Assembly: GCA_965660305.1 (NCBI GenBank)
Contig: CBFHZD010000005.1
Location: 7,886 to 71,885, forward strand
Length of the DNA stretch: 64,000 nucleotides
Source: Flavobacteriales bacterium
Lineage (GTDB): Bacteria; Bacteroidota; Bacteroidia; Flavobacteriales_D; CAJJDF01
Direction: 5' to 3'
The notes under the pieces are model-generated. The model worked only from the letters and a program-made list of their open reading frames with translations. It was not told where the DNA came from and searched no databases. The translations under genes and the position numbers were made by a program. Shown piece after piece: positions 47,078 to 55,599 of the stretch. Positions within the stretch are counted from its first letter, which is position 1. Every line of letters starts with the position of its first letter.

Positions 47078-48316
47078 TGGAACAGAAACTCTTCTTAACA
47101 CGGTATCTTTACTACCATCGCAACCTAGGGAGTAGCCCAAAGCCTCAATTTGAAAACTGTCAACACTTAAAACTTCACAATTATTAACATCCCAGCAGAA
47201 TCTTGCCCCTACCTTTCCAATACCTTCAAAAGTGGTAGAATTGAGCTTTCTGACACTTGAAACATGAGCGGTATCAAAAGAACCTGTAACAGCATCTTCC
47301 CATTCGAAAATCCAAACACCATTTGTTTGAGCCGGTAGAACTGAGACTGCCCCGAACTGGTATGCGTTAGAATTAATTTGCAGATAAAAAGTATCACTGC
47401 CGTTAGGATCTTCAGCAACAAAATCAATACATTTTTCTTCTTCAAATTGAAAAACACTTCGAGTCGAAAAATTGGCTAAAACTGGTTTCAAGTTAGTACG
47501 ACAATTTAATGCTGCGTATTGAATATCTCTTACGGTTTCTCCAATTTGAATTCCATTTCTGTACTCAACGACCTTCACTGAAATAACATATTTTCCTAAT
47601 TGTGCTGGACGAGCAGTTACAATTCCTGTGGATGAATTAATCGTGCAAGCACTTCCCGGTCCGAGAATATTAGTTAAGTTAAAACCATTATTCCAACCTA
47701 AAAGATTGGGAGTACAACTATTGAAGGTATTAATTGGATTCACAAGAAAGTAAGCAAGACTATCACCATCCGAATCATTACAAGAGAAGTCAATTTGCTT
47801 GTCAAAACCAATGCAAAAGTATCCGTCAGTTGGATAATCTACAAATAATGGAGTACTATTGCCTCCTGCCAAAGCAGGATTAGGAATTTTGGTATAAAGC
47901 CCAAGATTATTTGGCGTAACATTTAAAATGGTATTTCTACAGCAAAGCGACCAAGTGGCCATATATCCGTTTGGATTATTGGCTAAAAACGAAATACTTC
48001 CTCTGTAAATATGTGTTTCGACACACAGCCCAGGAGGAGTATAGCATTCATCACCAAAATTAATGGGATACAATGTATCTCGCGTAACAGTGACACTGGT
48101 AACATTGGAACAAGTAACTTGATCCAAGACAGAAATCGAATAGCTATTACCTAAAGTCGCAGCTCCAGGTTCGCAATACCTGAATAGACGCATTACCACA
48201 TCATAAGAATTAGCACCAGTTTGAATAAATTGAATATCTCCTCCCACTCCATGAGAAGAATAACCAATAGTCGACAGAGCAATAAAAAGGGTGGTTATAA
48301 AAAGTAACTTTTTCAT
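46778..48316 (-). CDS. T9SS type-B-CTD (gliding motility-associated C-terminal domain) cargo protein, tandem paralogue 1
   Basis: C-terminus: NVPNVFSPNDDGINDLFYLK...VRVYNRWGQIVFESEDAKFTWDGTDQNGAELSEGTYFVVL. The N-terminal module is shared with 29336..30412. Start moved to ATG 48316 (MKKLLFITTLFIALS), because a -7 box overlaps the longer ORF's start. Confidence 0.85.
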   Translation of the reverse strand: MKKLLFITTLFIALSTIGYSSHGVGGDIQFIQTGANSYDVVMRLFRYCEPGAATLGNSYSISVLDQVTCSNVTSVTVTRDTLYPINFGDECYTPPGLCVETHIYRGSISFLANNPNGYMATWSLCCRNTILNVTPNNLGLYTKIPNPALAGGNSTPLFVDYPTDGYFCIGFDKQIDFSCNDSDGDSLAYFLVNPINTFNSCTPNLLGWNNGFNLTNILGPGSACTINSSTGIVTARPAQLGKYVISVKVVEYRNGIQIGETVRDIQYAALNCRTNLKPVLANFSTRSVFQFEEEKCIDFVAEDPNGSDTFYLQINSNAYQFGAVSVLPAQTNGVWIFEWEDAVTGSFDTAHVSSVRKLNSTTFEGIGKVGARFCWDVNNCEVLSVDSFQIEALGYSLGCDGSKDTVLRRVSVPIQRDPYSYNVPNVFSPNDDGINDLFYLKKDAYDRCYDALNVRVYNRWGQIVFESEDAKFTWDGTDQNGAELSEGTYFVVLQGFYGGKEVTDNFPVTLFR

Positions 48317-48340
48317 TATATATAATTTTAATATCTGTTG

Positions 48341-48348
48341 CAAAGGTA
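48341..48348 (-). promoter_or_regulatory. -7 promoter box (TACCTTTG on minus strand) for paralogue 1
   Basis: The plus strand reads CAAAGGTA, 25 nt upstream of ATG 48316. Confidence 0.5.
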
Positions 48349-48405
48349 ACCCTTTACTGTAATTTATTTCGACTACTTCATGAAAGAGTCCGTTTTATAC
48401 ATAAA

Positions 48406-48441
48406 CAAAAAAAAATCCCATCTCATGAATAAGATGGGATT
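48406..48441 (-). terminator. rho-independent terminator after 48462..50024
   Basis: 10-bp stem aatcccatct / agatgggatt with an 8-nt loop, then a run of about 9 T on the minus strand. Confidence 0.75.
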
Positions 48442-48461
48442 TAATCTTGCTTATAGACAAA

Positions 48462-48761
48462 TTATCTAAATAGTGAAACAGGGAAGTTATCTGTCACCTC
48501 TTTTCCTCCATAAAACCCTTGTAAAACAACAAAATAAGTTCCTTCTGATAATTCAGCTCCATTCTGATCTGTTCCATCCCAAGTAAATTTAGCATCTTCG
48601 GATTCAAATACAATTTGTCCCCATCTGTTATATACTCGAACATTCAATGCATCATAACATCTATCATAGGCATCCTTTTTCAAATAGAATAAATCGTTTA
48701 TTCCATCGTCATTAGGAGAAAATACATTTGGTACGTTATAGGAATAAGGATCTCTTTGTAT
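48462..48761. repeat. 300-nt near-identical block (3' end of paralogue 2), partner of 46778-47077
   Basis: See the partner block. The block starts exactly at the stop codon and covers the type-B sorting domain. Confidence 0.85.
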
Positions 48762-50024
48762 CGGAATTGATACAGTTCTCAGAACAGTATCCTTACTTCC
48801 GTCACATCCCAATGAATAGCCTAAAGCATTTAAGTAAAAACTATCTACGCTTAAAACATCACAATTATCCAAATCCCAGCAGAATCTTGCACCAACTTTT
48901 CCGACACCTTCAAAAGTAGTAGAATTGAGCTTTCTGACACTCGACACATGTGTTGTGTCGAACTGGCCTGTAGTGGCATTTTCCCACTCAAAAATTCTAA
49001 CTCCACCCGTTACTGCGGGAAGGGTTGAAACTGCACCAAATTGGTAGGCATTAGAATTTATTTGAAGAAAGAATGTATCACTTCCATTAGGGTCTTTTGC
49101 AACAATATCGATACATTTTTCTTCTTCAAATTTAAAAACACTTGTGGAGACAAAATCTTCGAATACAGGCTTACTGTTGAACCTACAAGGCAATGAAAAA
49201 TACTGTAAATCTCTCAAGGTTTCTCCAATTTTGACACCATTTCTCCATTCTGAACAAACTACCGAAAAAACAAAGGCTCCACCTCTTGCTGGTCTTGTGT
49301 TGACACAACCAGTTACAGCATCTACTATTGTAGAACTACCAGGACCTAGTGGGTTTAGAAGGTTGTATTGTGCTGCCCACGGAGCAGAATTAGGTGTACA
49401 CCCTGTAAAACCTTGAACAGGAGTTATTAATTCATAAGAAAGACTATCTCCATCTGCATCAGTTGCTGCAAAATCTAAACATTTCATGTTATTGATACAC
49501 ATGTAGGCATCTCTAGGATAATCTACAAAAACTGGACTAGAGTTACCTCCAATTAATCCTGGATTAGGAATTGAGGTATAGATGGCTCCAACAGGCTGAC
49601 CATTAAGATTTACAGTCGTATTTCTACAACATACACTCCACTGAGCAGTGTACCCTGCTGGGTTATCACTTAGAGTCACAGTTCCTGTGTAATAGTGCTC
49701 TTCCACACATAAGTTTGGTGTGTAACATTCATCACCAAATTGGATAGGAGTTCCTCCAGTTCCTGTACCAGTCGTAATCGTTCCCGGAACTCTAGACATA
49801 CTAATTGTTGCTGCGTTGGTACAAGTAGATAGATTTAAAACATTAATAGTTTCATTTGAACTCAAAGTTGCTGAACCTGAGCAATCTCTGTACAATCTCA
49901 TAATGACATCATAGGTATTTCTGCCAGTTTGGGAAAAACTAATATCACCTCCAACAACATGTGTTGCATTCGAGGCAGGTATGAGTGCGAAAAACACTAA
50001 AGTAAGTAAAATAATTTTTTTCAT
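48462..50024 (-). CDS. T9SS type-B-CTD cargo protein, tandem paralogue 2
   Basis: Same architecture as paralogue 1. The last 99 aa are identical except for one residue. The middle domain is roughly 80% identical and the N-terminal module roughly 50% identical, both by eye. Confidence 0.85.
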   Translation of the reverse strand: MKKIILLTLVFFALIPASNATHVVGGDISFSQTGRNTYDVIMRLYRDCSGSATLSSNETINVLNLSTCTNAATISMSRVPGTITTGTGTGGTPIQFGDECYTPNLCVEEHYYTGTVTLSDNPAGYTAQWSVCCRNTTVNLNGQPVGAIYTSIPNPGLIGGNSSPVFVDYPRDAYMCINNMKCLDFAATDADGDSLSYELITPVQGFTGCTPNSAPWAAQYNLLNPLGPGSSTIVDAVTGCVNTRPARGGAFVFSVVCSEWRNGVKIGETLRDLQYFSLPCRFNSKPVFEDFVSTSVFKFEEEKCIDIVAKDPNGSDTFFLQINSNAYQFGAVSTLPAVTGGVRIFEWENATTGQFDTTHVSSVRKLNSTTFEGVGKVGARFCWDLDNCDVLSVDSFYLNALGYSLGCDGSKDTVLRTVSIPIQRDPYSYNVPNVFSPNDDGINDLFYLKKDAYDRCYDALNVRVYNRWGQIVFESEDAKFTWDGTDQNGAELSEGTYFVVLQGFYGGKEVTDNFPVSLFR

Positions 50025-50161
50025 AAATCTTGTTTTTTTTTAATACTTTGTCTAATAAAATAAATATTCTTGGAAGTGTGACTTTATATTCATCAAAGTG
50101 TTCGTTTTTTTTATGAAAGAAAGGACGTAGATAGCTCTATTCTTCTTAAAAGTAATTCAAA

Positions 50162-51181
50162 TCAATAAACATTCACTTCTCTCTCCAGTTTTATTCTGTA
50201 TGTTTTCTCCACATTTCCTATAATTTCTGAAGACAAATCGTAAATATCCTTACCTTCAGCTCCACCATAATTAACCAATACCAATGCTTGATTTTTATGA
50301 ACTCCATACTGGTTCACAGTCTTTCCCTTCCACCCCAATTGATCTATGAGCCAACCTGCCGCAATTTTAATTGTCCCATCCTTTTGGGGATAATGAGCAA
50401 TTTCCGGAAATTGAGCTTTGAGTTGAGCGAATTGTGTTTCAGACACAACAGGATTTTTAAAAAAACTTCCGGCATTCCCTATAACATTAGGGTCTGGTAA
50501 TTTACTTGATCGAATAGCAATTACCGCATCACTAATTGATTTTACCGAGGGCTCCAAAACATTCATTTTCTCCAGTTGTTTTTCAATAGCCCCATAACTT
50601 GTATTAAATTTCGGCTGTTTTTGGAGAACAAATTCCACAGAGGTAATGATGTATTTTCCTTTGTGTGAGTTTTTAAAAATACTTTCTCTATAACCAAATT
50701 TACACTCAGCGTTGGTAAATTTTTCAACCTCCAAGGTTTTTATATTCAGTGCTTCAAGCGAATGAAAAACATTCTTAATTTCTACTCCATAAGCTCCAAT
50801 ATTCTGCATAGGACTTGCCCCTACATTTCCTGGAATAAGCGAAAGATTTTCTACGCCACCCCAATTGTTTGATACACAATACATCACAAACTGATGCCAA
50901 TTCTCGCCAGCTCCTACTCTAATGAATATTTCCTTGTCCGTTTCCTTTACAACCTCTTTTCCCTTGATTTCATTTTTTAAAACAAGACCCTCAAAATCCT
51001 TTGTAAAAAGCATATTACTACCTCCACCTAAAATCAATTTCTTTTTATTGATGTGACTTTCGTTACTCAAAATCTCTTTGAGTTCGTCCATAGATGAAAA
51101 TTTACAAAAAACTTCTGCCTGAACTGGCACGCCAAAAGTTGTAAACTCTTGGATAGATTTATTATATTCGAACTGAACCAA
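50162..51181 (-). CDS. murB: UDP-N-acetylmuramate dehydrogenase
   Basis: FAD-binding N-terminus (TTFGVPVQAEVF, LILGGGSNMLF) and a C-terminal MurB domain (GNAGSFFKNP, AAGWLIDQ). 339 aa. Confidence 0.9.
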   Translation of the reverse strand: MVQFEYNKSIQEFTTFGVPVQAEVFCKFSSMDELKEILSNESHINKKKLILGGGSNMLFTKDFEGLVLKNEIKGKEVVKETDKEIFIRVGAGENWHQFVMYCVSNNWGGVENLSLIPGNVGASPMQNIGAYGVEIKNVFHSLEALNIKTLEVEKFTNAECKFGYRESIFKNSHKGKYIITSVEFVLQKQPKFNTSYGAIEKQLEKMNVLEPSVKSISDAVIAIRSSKLPDPNVIGNAGSFFKNPVVSETQFAQLKAQFPEIAHYPQKDGTIKIAAGWLIDQLGWKGKTVNQYGVHKNQALVLVNYGGAEGKDIYDLSSEIIGNVEKTYRIKLEREVNVY

Positions 51182-51283
51182 TTTTGTTTGACTTTTAATT
51201 TAGTCGAAAAATACAACATTTTTTATTCAATGAGACATCCTTTTTGGAATATCATTCGTTTGAAATGATAGCTTTAGTTCATT

Positions 51284-54200
51284 ATGAAAATAAATTTTAG
51301 GTCGATATTAATAATACTGTGTTGCTCAATTTTCTCCTCTATTTCAATGGGGCAAAAAGGAGAACATATTTTTCTTTTCAAAGAAAATAAAGGGCAATGG
51401 AATTCTAAGATAAATTTTAAAGCAGACATACCAGAAGGTGCCATGTTTTTGGAAAACACCGGAATCACCTACCATTTTTTGGACAAAAGTTTTATTCATC
51501 ATAACCACACTAGAGATAATATTGCAATTCCAGATTCCATTCATGGCCATGTTATCAAGGCAAATTTTATTGGAGCAAACAAAAATCCTCAAATATTTAC
51601 ATCACGAAAATCGTCACATTACGAAAATTACTTCATTGGCAATGACTCTAACAAATGGGCTAGCAACGTTAGGATATACAACGAAGTAATTTATTCTAAC
51701 ATGTATCCTTTCATAGATTTCAAAATCTACGAACACGAAACAAACATGAAATATGATTTTATCGTAAAACCAGGCGGTAACCCAAAAAAAATAGCAATTG
51801 AATATGAAGGTGCGAGTGAAATCGTATTAGAAAACGATAATCTCTACGTGAAATCTTCCTTAACTGATATTATTGAAAACAAACCTTTTGCCTATCAAAT
51901 AATTCATGGAAAAAAAATAACGGTACCCTGCTTTTTCAAAGTAAAAAAAAATAAAGTAAAATTTGATTTCCCTGAAGGATATAATAAAAACTACTCATTA
52001 ATTATAGATCCATTTCTTGTGTTTAGTTCTTATTCTGGCTCAACTTCAGATAACTTTGGATTTACTGCAACCTATGATACTTTAGGTTTTACCTATGCGG
52101 GTGGTATTGTGTTTGGGACTGGTTATCCAACCACTATTGGAGCCTACGACTCCTTATTTAGTGGAAACTCAACCACACCTGTTGATATAGGAATCACAAA
52201 ATATAGCTTAAATGGCTCAAATCTCATCTACTCCACTTACATTGGGGGCTCTGGGGATGACGCTCCGCACAGTTTGGTAACAAATGACCAAGGAGAGTTA
52301 TATATTTTTGGCAGTACGAGCTCCAATAATTTCCCTACAACTTCCGGTTGTTATGACAATACCTTTAATGGAGGCACCAACCTTAGTTTTACCTTGAATG
52401 GAATGGGCATGCAGTATTTTTTGGGCTCGGATGCTATAGTTGCAAAACTAAACACCACGGGAACAGCGATGCTCGGAGCTACATACATTGGTGGTTCAGG
52501 AAACGATGCCATTTCACATTTTGGAGGATTAAATAGAAATTATGGAGATGAATTCAGAGGTGAAATTATTTTAGATGCAAATGATAATTGTATCATTGCC
52601 ACGAATACAAACTCCACCAATTTTCCAGTAGTTTCTGGGGTAACTGCCAGAGGAGGCAGTTCAGATGGTGTGGTAATGAAACTAAATTCTAATTTAACCA
52701 CTTTACTTTGGAGCACACATCTTGGTGGTTCTCTTGTGGATGCTGCCTATGGTGTTCAGCAAGATGCTGCAGGAAACACTTTTGTTGTGGGCGGAACTAC
52801 TAGTACTAATTTTTCTTCGGCTCAAAACTCTAATTCTGGAGGTGCCGATGGGTTTATTGCCAAATATAGCCCAACAAATGTTTTACTTACTTCGCGCTAT
52901 GTTGGAACTTCTCTTTATGATCAAGTTTACTTTGTTCAAATTGATGTTACAGACTCTGTATATGTTTATGGGCAATCTCAAGGGGCAATGCCAGTAACAT
53001 CAGGAAAATACAACAATGCGGGAAGCCACCAATTTATCCAAAAGTATAACAACACAATCAGTCTCATGGATTTTAGTACAGTTTTTGGGTCTGGAAATAC
53101 AACTATTGATATATCGCCAACGGCCTTTTTGGTTAACAATTGTGGCTTGATTTATATGAGTGGATGGGGCGGAACAGTAAATGGATCTGGCTCAACCATT
53201 GGATTACCCATTTCCGCTGGTGCCTTTCAAACCAATACTGACGGAAGTGATTTCTACTTAATCGTATTAGATAAAAATGCTACCGGTTTAAATTATGCTA
53301 CCTTTTTTGGGGGAAACCTATCCGCAGAGCATGTTGATGGAGGAACTAGTAGGTTTGACAAAAAAGGAAATGTTTACCAAGCGGTTTGTGCTGGATGTGG
53401 AGGAAATAGCGACTTCCCTACAACCACAGGAGCATGGTCAACCACCAACAATAGTTCTAATTGCAACCTTGGAGTTTTTAAATTCAACATCAATGAAATA
53501 CAAGCCATAGCAAGTGTTCCTTCGGTAACTATCTGCTATCCAAGCGCTACAGTTTTTGGAAACAACAGCAGAAACGGAAATACGTTTTTTTGGGATTTTG
53601 GTGACGGAAACTCGAGTTCTGCATTTGCTCCTTCGCACAATTATACTTCGGCAGGTACTTATAATGTTTTGCTCACTGTTTCTGACTCTACAGGCTGTAT
53701 CAAACCAGATACAGCGGGAATTACTGTAACGGTATTTGATCCAGCTTCTGCAACCACCACACCAGACACAACTATTTGCCCTAACACATCTTTACAATTG
53801 AATGCATCAGGCGGAACGAACTACGTTTGGAGCCCCGCAGCCTCATTGAGTAATGCCTTTATTGCTAATCCCATTGCTACCCCCAATGCACCTACAACTT
53901 ACCAAGTAATTGTTACAAATCCCTGCGGTACAGATACATCATTTGTAAATGTTAGCATCCATTCAGTTTCTTCCTCAACTTCAAAAGATACAACGGTTTG
54001 CAATGGAGACAGTATCCAACTATTCGCAACTGGTGGTGGTACTTATCTCTGGAACCCCAATTCCAATATGCTGAACAACACTTCCCCAAACCCTATCGTT
54101 TACCCAAATGTAACCACTCAATACATGGTATCCATAACTTCTCCAGAGGGCTGCCCTACCCAGGATAGTGTTCTTGTTTCGGTCATAGATATTCCTCAAC

Positions 54201-55141
54201 CTGTTTTATCAGATAATGATTCCATTTGTAAAGGGACATCTATAAACCTGATTGCCTCCGGTGCCGACACCTATTTTTGGTCGCCTTCGGTTAGTTTAAA
54301 TGCAAATACTGGCACATCTGTTTCTGCCAGTCCACAAAATACGACTTCATACATCGTTAGCTTTACCAATAGGTGTGCTACTATTACAGATAGCGTGACT
54401 ATAACTGTCATCGAACCTAAAGCTGTTTCCTCTCCAGATGATACCATCTGCTTTAATGACACAGCTATTCTTTGGGCTTCAGGAGGAAATACATACAGCT
54501 GGTCTCCAATAGCATTTTTAGGTGCTCCAACAAGTGACACTACCTTAGCTTTCCCAGTTTCACCTACTACTTTTCGAGTAATTGTAGAAGATGCTAACGG
54601 TTGCCGAGATACTGCATTCACCAGAATAAATTTTTCTGCAATTCCTAACGTTGATGCAGGAGAAAATCAAATTATAAATTTTGGAGAGGTAGCCAATCTA
54701 ATGGCTACGAGTTCGCAGGGGAATTTTTATTGGACTTTTGATAAAAGTTTGTCTGACACCAGCAGTAAAACGACTACTGCTCAACCTTCTAACACCACCA
54801 GCTATGTGGCTAATTTGATTGATGATTTTGGTTGCTTAGTATCGGATACAGTTACCGTATCATTGGATGGAAGCCTTTACGTTCCCAATTCTTTTTCGCC
54901 CAACGGAGATGGAAAAAATGATGTATTTAAAATTGAAGGTGAGGACCTTACCTACTTCAGACTTTATATTTTTAATAGATGGGGAGAGCAACTGTTTTAT
55001 TCTACACAAATGGATAACGCTTGGGACGGAACTTATAAAGGACAACTTTCTCAAGTGGATAGTTACGTGTGGAAAATTATTTATTCAGATGCGAGTTCTG
55101 CTAGAAAAGAAATATTTGGGCATGTCAATTTGATAAAATAA
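51284..55141 (+). CDS. large T9SS type-B-CTD surface protein: beta-propeller (SBBP-like) repeats + PKD domain + five tandem Cys-containing Ig-like repeats
   Basis: Repeated GGSGxD...G...FPTTxG motifs. PKD-like FWDFGDGNSS...GTYNVLLTVSDSTGC. Five repeats of about 68 aa fit the pattern (C)xxxSxxLxAsGGxxYxWsP. C-terminus: YVPNSFSPNGDGKNDVFKI...LYIFNRWGEQLF...WDGTYKG. Confidence 0.85.
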   Translation: MKINFRSILIILCCSIFSSISMGQKGEHIFLFKENKGQWNSKINFKADIPEGAMFLENTGITYHFLDKSFIHHNHTRDNIAIPDSIHGHVIKANFIGANKNPQIFTSRKSSHYENYFIGNDSNKWASNVRIYNEVIYSNMYPFIDFKIYEHETNMKYDFIVKPGGNPKKIAIEYEGASEIVLENDNLYVKSSLTDIIENKPFAYQIIHGKKITVPCFFKVKKNKVKFDFPEGYNKNYSLIIDPFLVFSSYSGSTSDNFGFTATYDTLGFTYAGGIVFGTGYPTTIGAYDSLFSGNSTTPVDIGITKYSLNGSNLIYSTYIGGSGDDAPHSLVTNDQGELYIFGSTSSNNFPTTSGCYDNTFNGGTNLSFTLNGMGMQYFLGSDAIVAKLNTTGTAMLGATYIGGSGNDAISHFGGLNRNYGDEFRGEIILDANDNCIIATNTNSTNFPVVSGVTARGGSSDGVVMKLNSNLTTLLWSTHLGGSLVDAAYGVQQDAAGNTFVVGGTTSTNFSSAQNSNSGGADGFIAKYSPTNVLLTSRYVGTSLYDQVYFVQIDVTDSVYVYGQSQGAMPVTSGKYNNAGSHQFIQKYNNTISLMDFSTVFGSGNTTIDISPTAFLVNNCGLIYMSGWGGTVNGSGSTIGLPISAGAFQTNTDGSDFYLIVLDKNATGLNYATFFGGNLSAEHVDGGTSRFDKKGNVYQAVCAGCGGNSDFPTTTGAWSTTNNSSNCNLGVFKFNINEIQAIASVPSVTICYPSATVFGNNSRNGNTFFWDFGDGNSSSAFAPSHNYTSAGTYNVLLTVSDSTGCIKPDTAGITVTVFDPASATTTPDTTICPNTSLQLNASGGTNYVWSPAASLSNAFIANPIATPNAPTTYQVIVTNPCGTDTSFVNVSIHSVSSSTSKDTTVCNGDSIQLFATGGGTYLWNPNSNMLNNTSPNPIVYPNVTTQYMVSITSPEGCPTQDSVLVSVIDIPQPVLSDNDSICKGTSINLIASGADTYFWSPSVSLNANTGTSVSASPQNTTSYIVSFTNRCATITDSVTITVIEPKAVSSPDDTICFNDTAILWASGGNTYSWSPIAFLGAPTSDTTLAFPVSPTTFRVIVEDANGCRDTAFTRINFSAIPNVDAGENQIINFGEVANLMATSSQGNFYWTFDKSLSDTSSKTTTAQPSNTTSYVANLIDDFGCLVSDTVTVSLDGSLYVPNSFSPNGDGKNDVFKIEGEDLTYFRLYIFNRWGEQLFYSTQMDNAWDGTYKGQLSQVDSYVWKIIYSDASSARKEIFGHVNLIK

Positions 55142-55588
55142 TCAGAGTTTTGGGATTTCTTTGAGGTACTCGTAGGACTGAGAGTCCAAATCAATTTTGC
55201 AAATAAAGTGGCTAAGACCATTTGTTACAATCAAATAAGGAACCCTCAAGGTCATATTGTAAGTAGCAATTTGGGCAAAAGTAGATTGAGAAATGTTAAC
55301 TTCAGGAGCCTTACATTCAATGAGTATAATTGGCCTTGCGTCCCTGTCATAAACAAGAGCATCAAACCTTTTTATCCTGTCATTTACCTTTATTTGTTTC
55401 TCAATTTTTATGTAATTTTTGGAGTATCCGTGGTGATTGATTAGAAAGTTTACAAAATTTTGCCTTACCCATTCCTCTGGGGTCAGTACAACATTTTTTT
55501 TTCTTATCACATCATAAATAAACGTTTTATCTCCAGACTGGGATAATTTGACCTCAAATGGAGGCAAGTTCAATTCGGTTAATTTCAA
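55142..55588 (-). CDS. stand-alone HsdR-N-terminal-domain-like protein (PD-(D/E)xK fold)
   Basis: TPEEWVRQNFVNFL...RFDALVYDRDARPIILIECKAP (a D...ExK signature). 148 aa. No helicase, methylase or specificity genes are nearby. Confidence 0.7.
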   Translation of the reverse strand: MKLTELNLPPFEVKLSQSGDKTFIYDVIRKKNVVLTPEEWVRQNFVNFLINHHGYSKNYIKIEKQIKVNDRIKRFDALVYDRDARPIILIECKAPEVNISQSTFAQIATYNMTLRVPYLIVTNGLSHFICKIDLDSQSYEYLKEIPKL

Positions 55589-55599
55589 AGGAAGTACTT

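Noticed and set aside
50033-50041. T9 homopolymer between the promoter region and start codon of cargo paralogue 2, and an A9 tract inside the adhesin gene (51943-51951), considered as slipped-strand phase-variation switches.
   Set aside because: A/T homopolymers of this length are frequent throughout this AT-rich sequence; an A9 also occurs in menF near 17955. A-rich leaders are the norm for Bacteroidota translation initiation. Nothing in a single sequence indicates length polymorphism.
55142-55588. HsdR_N-like protein considered as evidence of a type I restriction-modification system.
   Set aside because: Only the small N-terminal nuclease-like domain is present. There is no helicase/translocase region and no hsdM or hsdS anywhere in the window.
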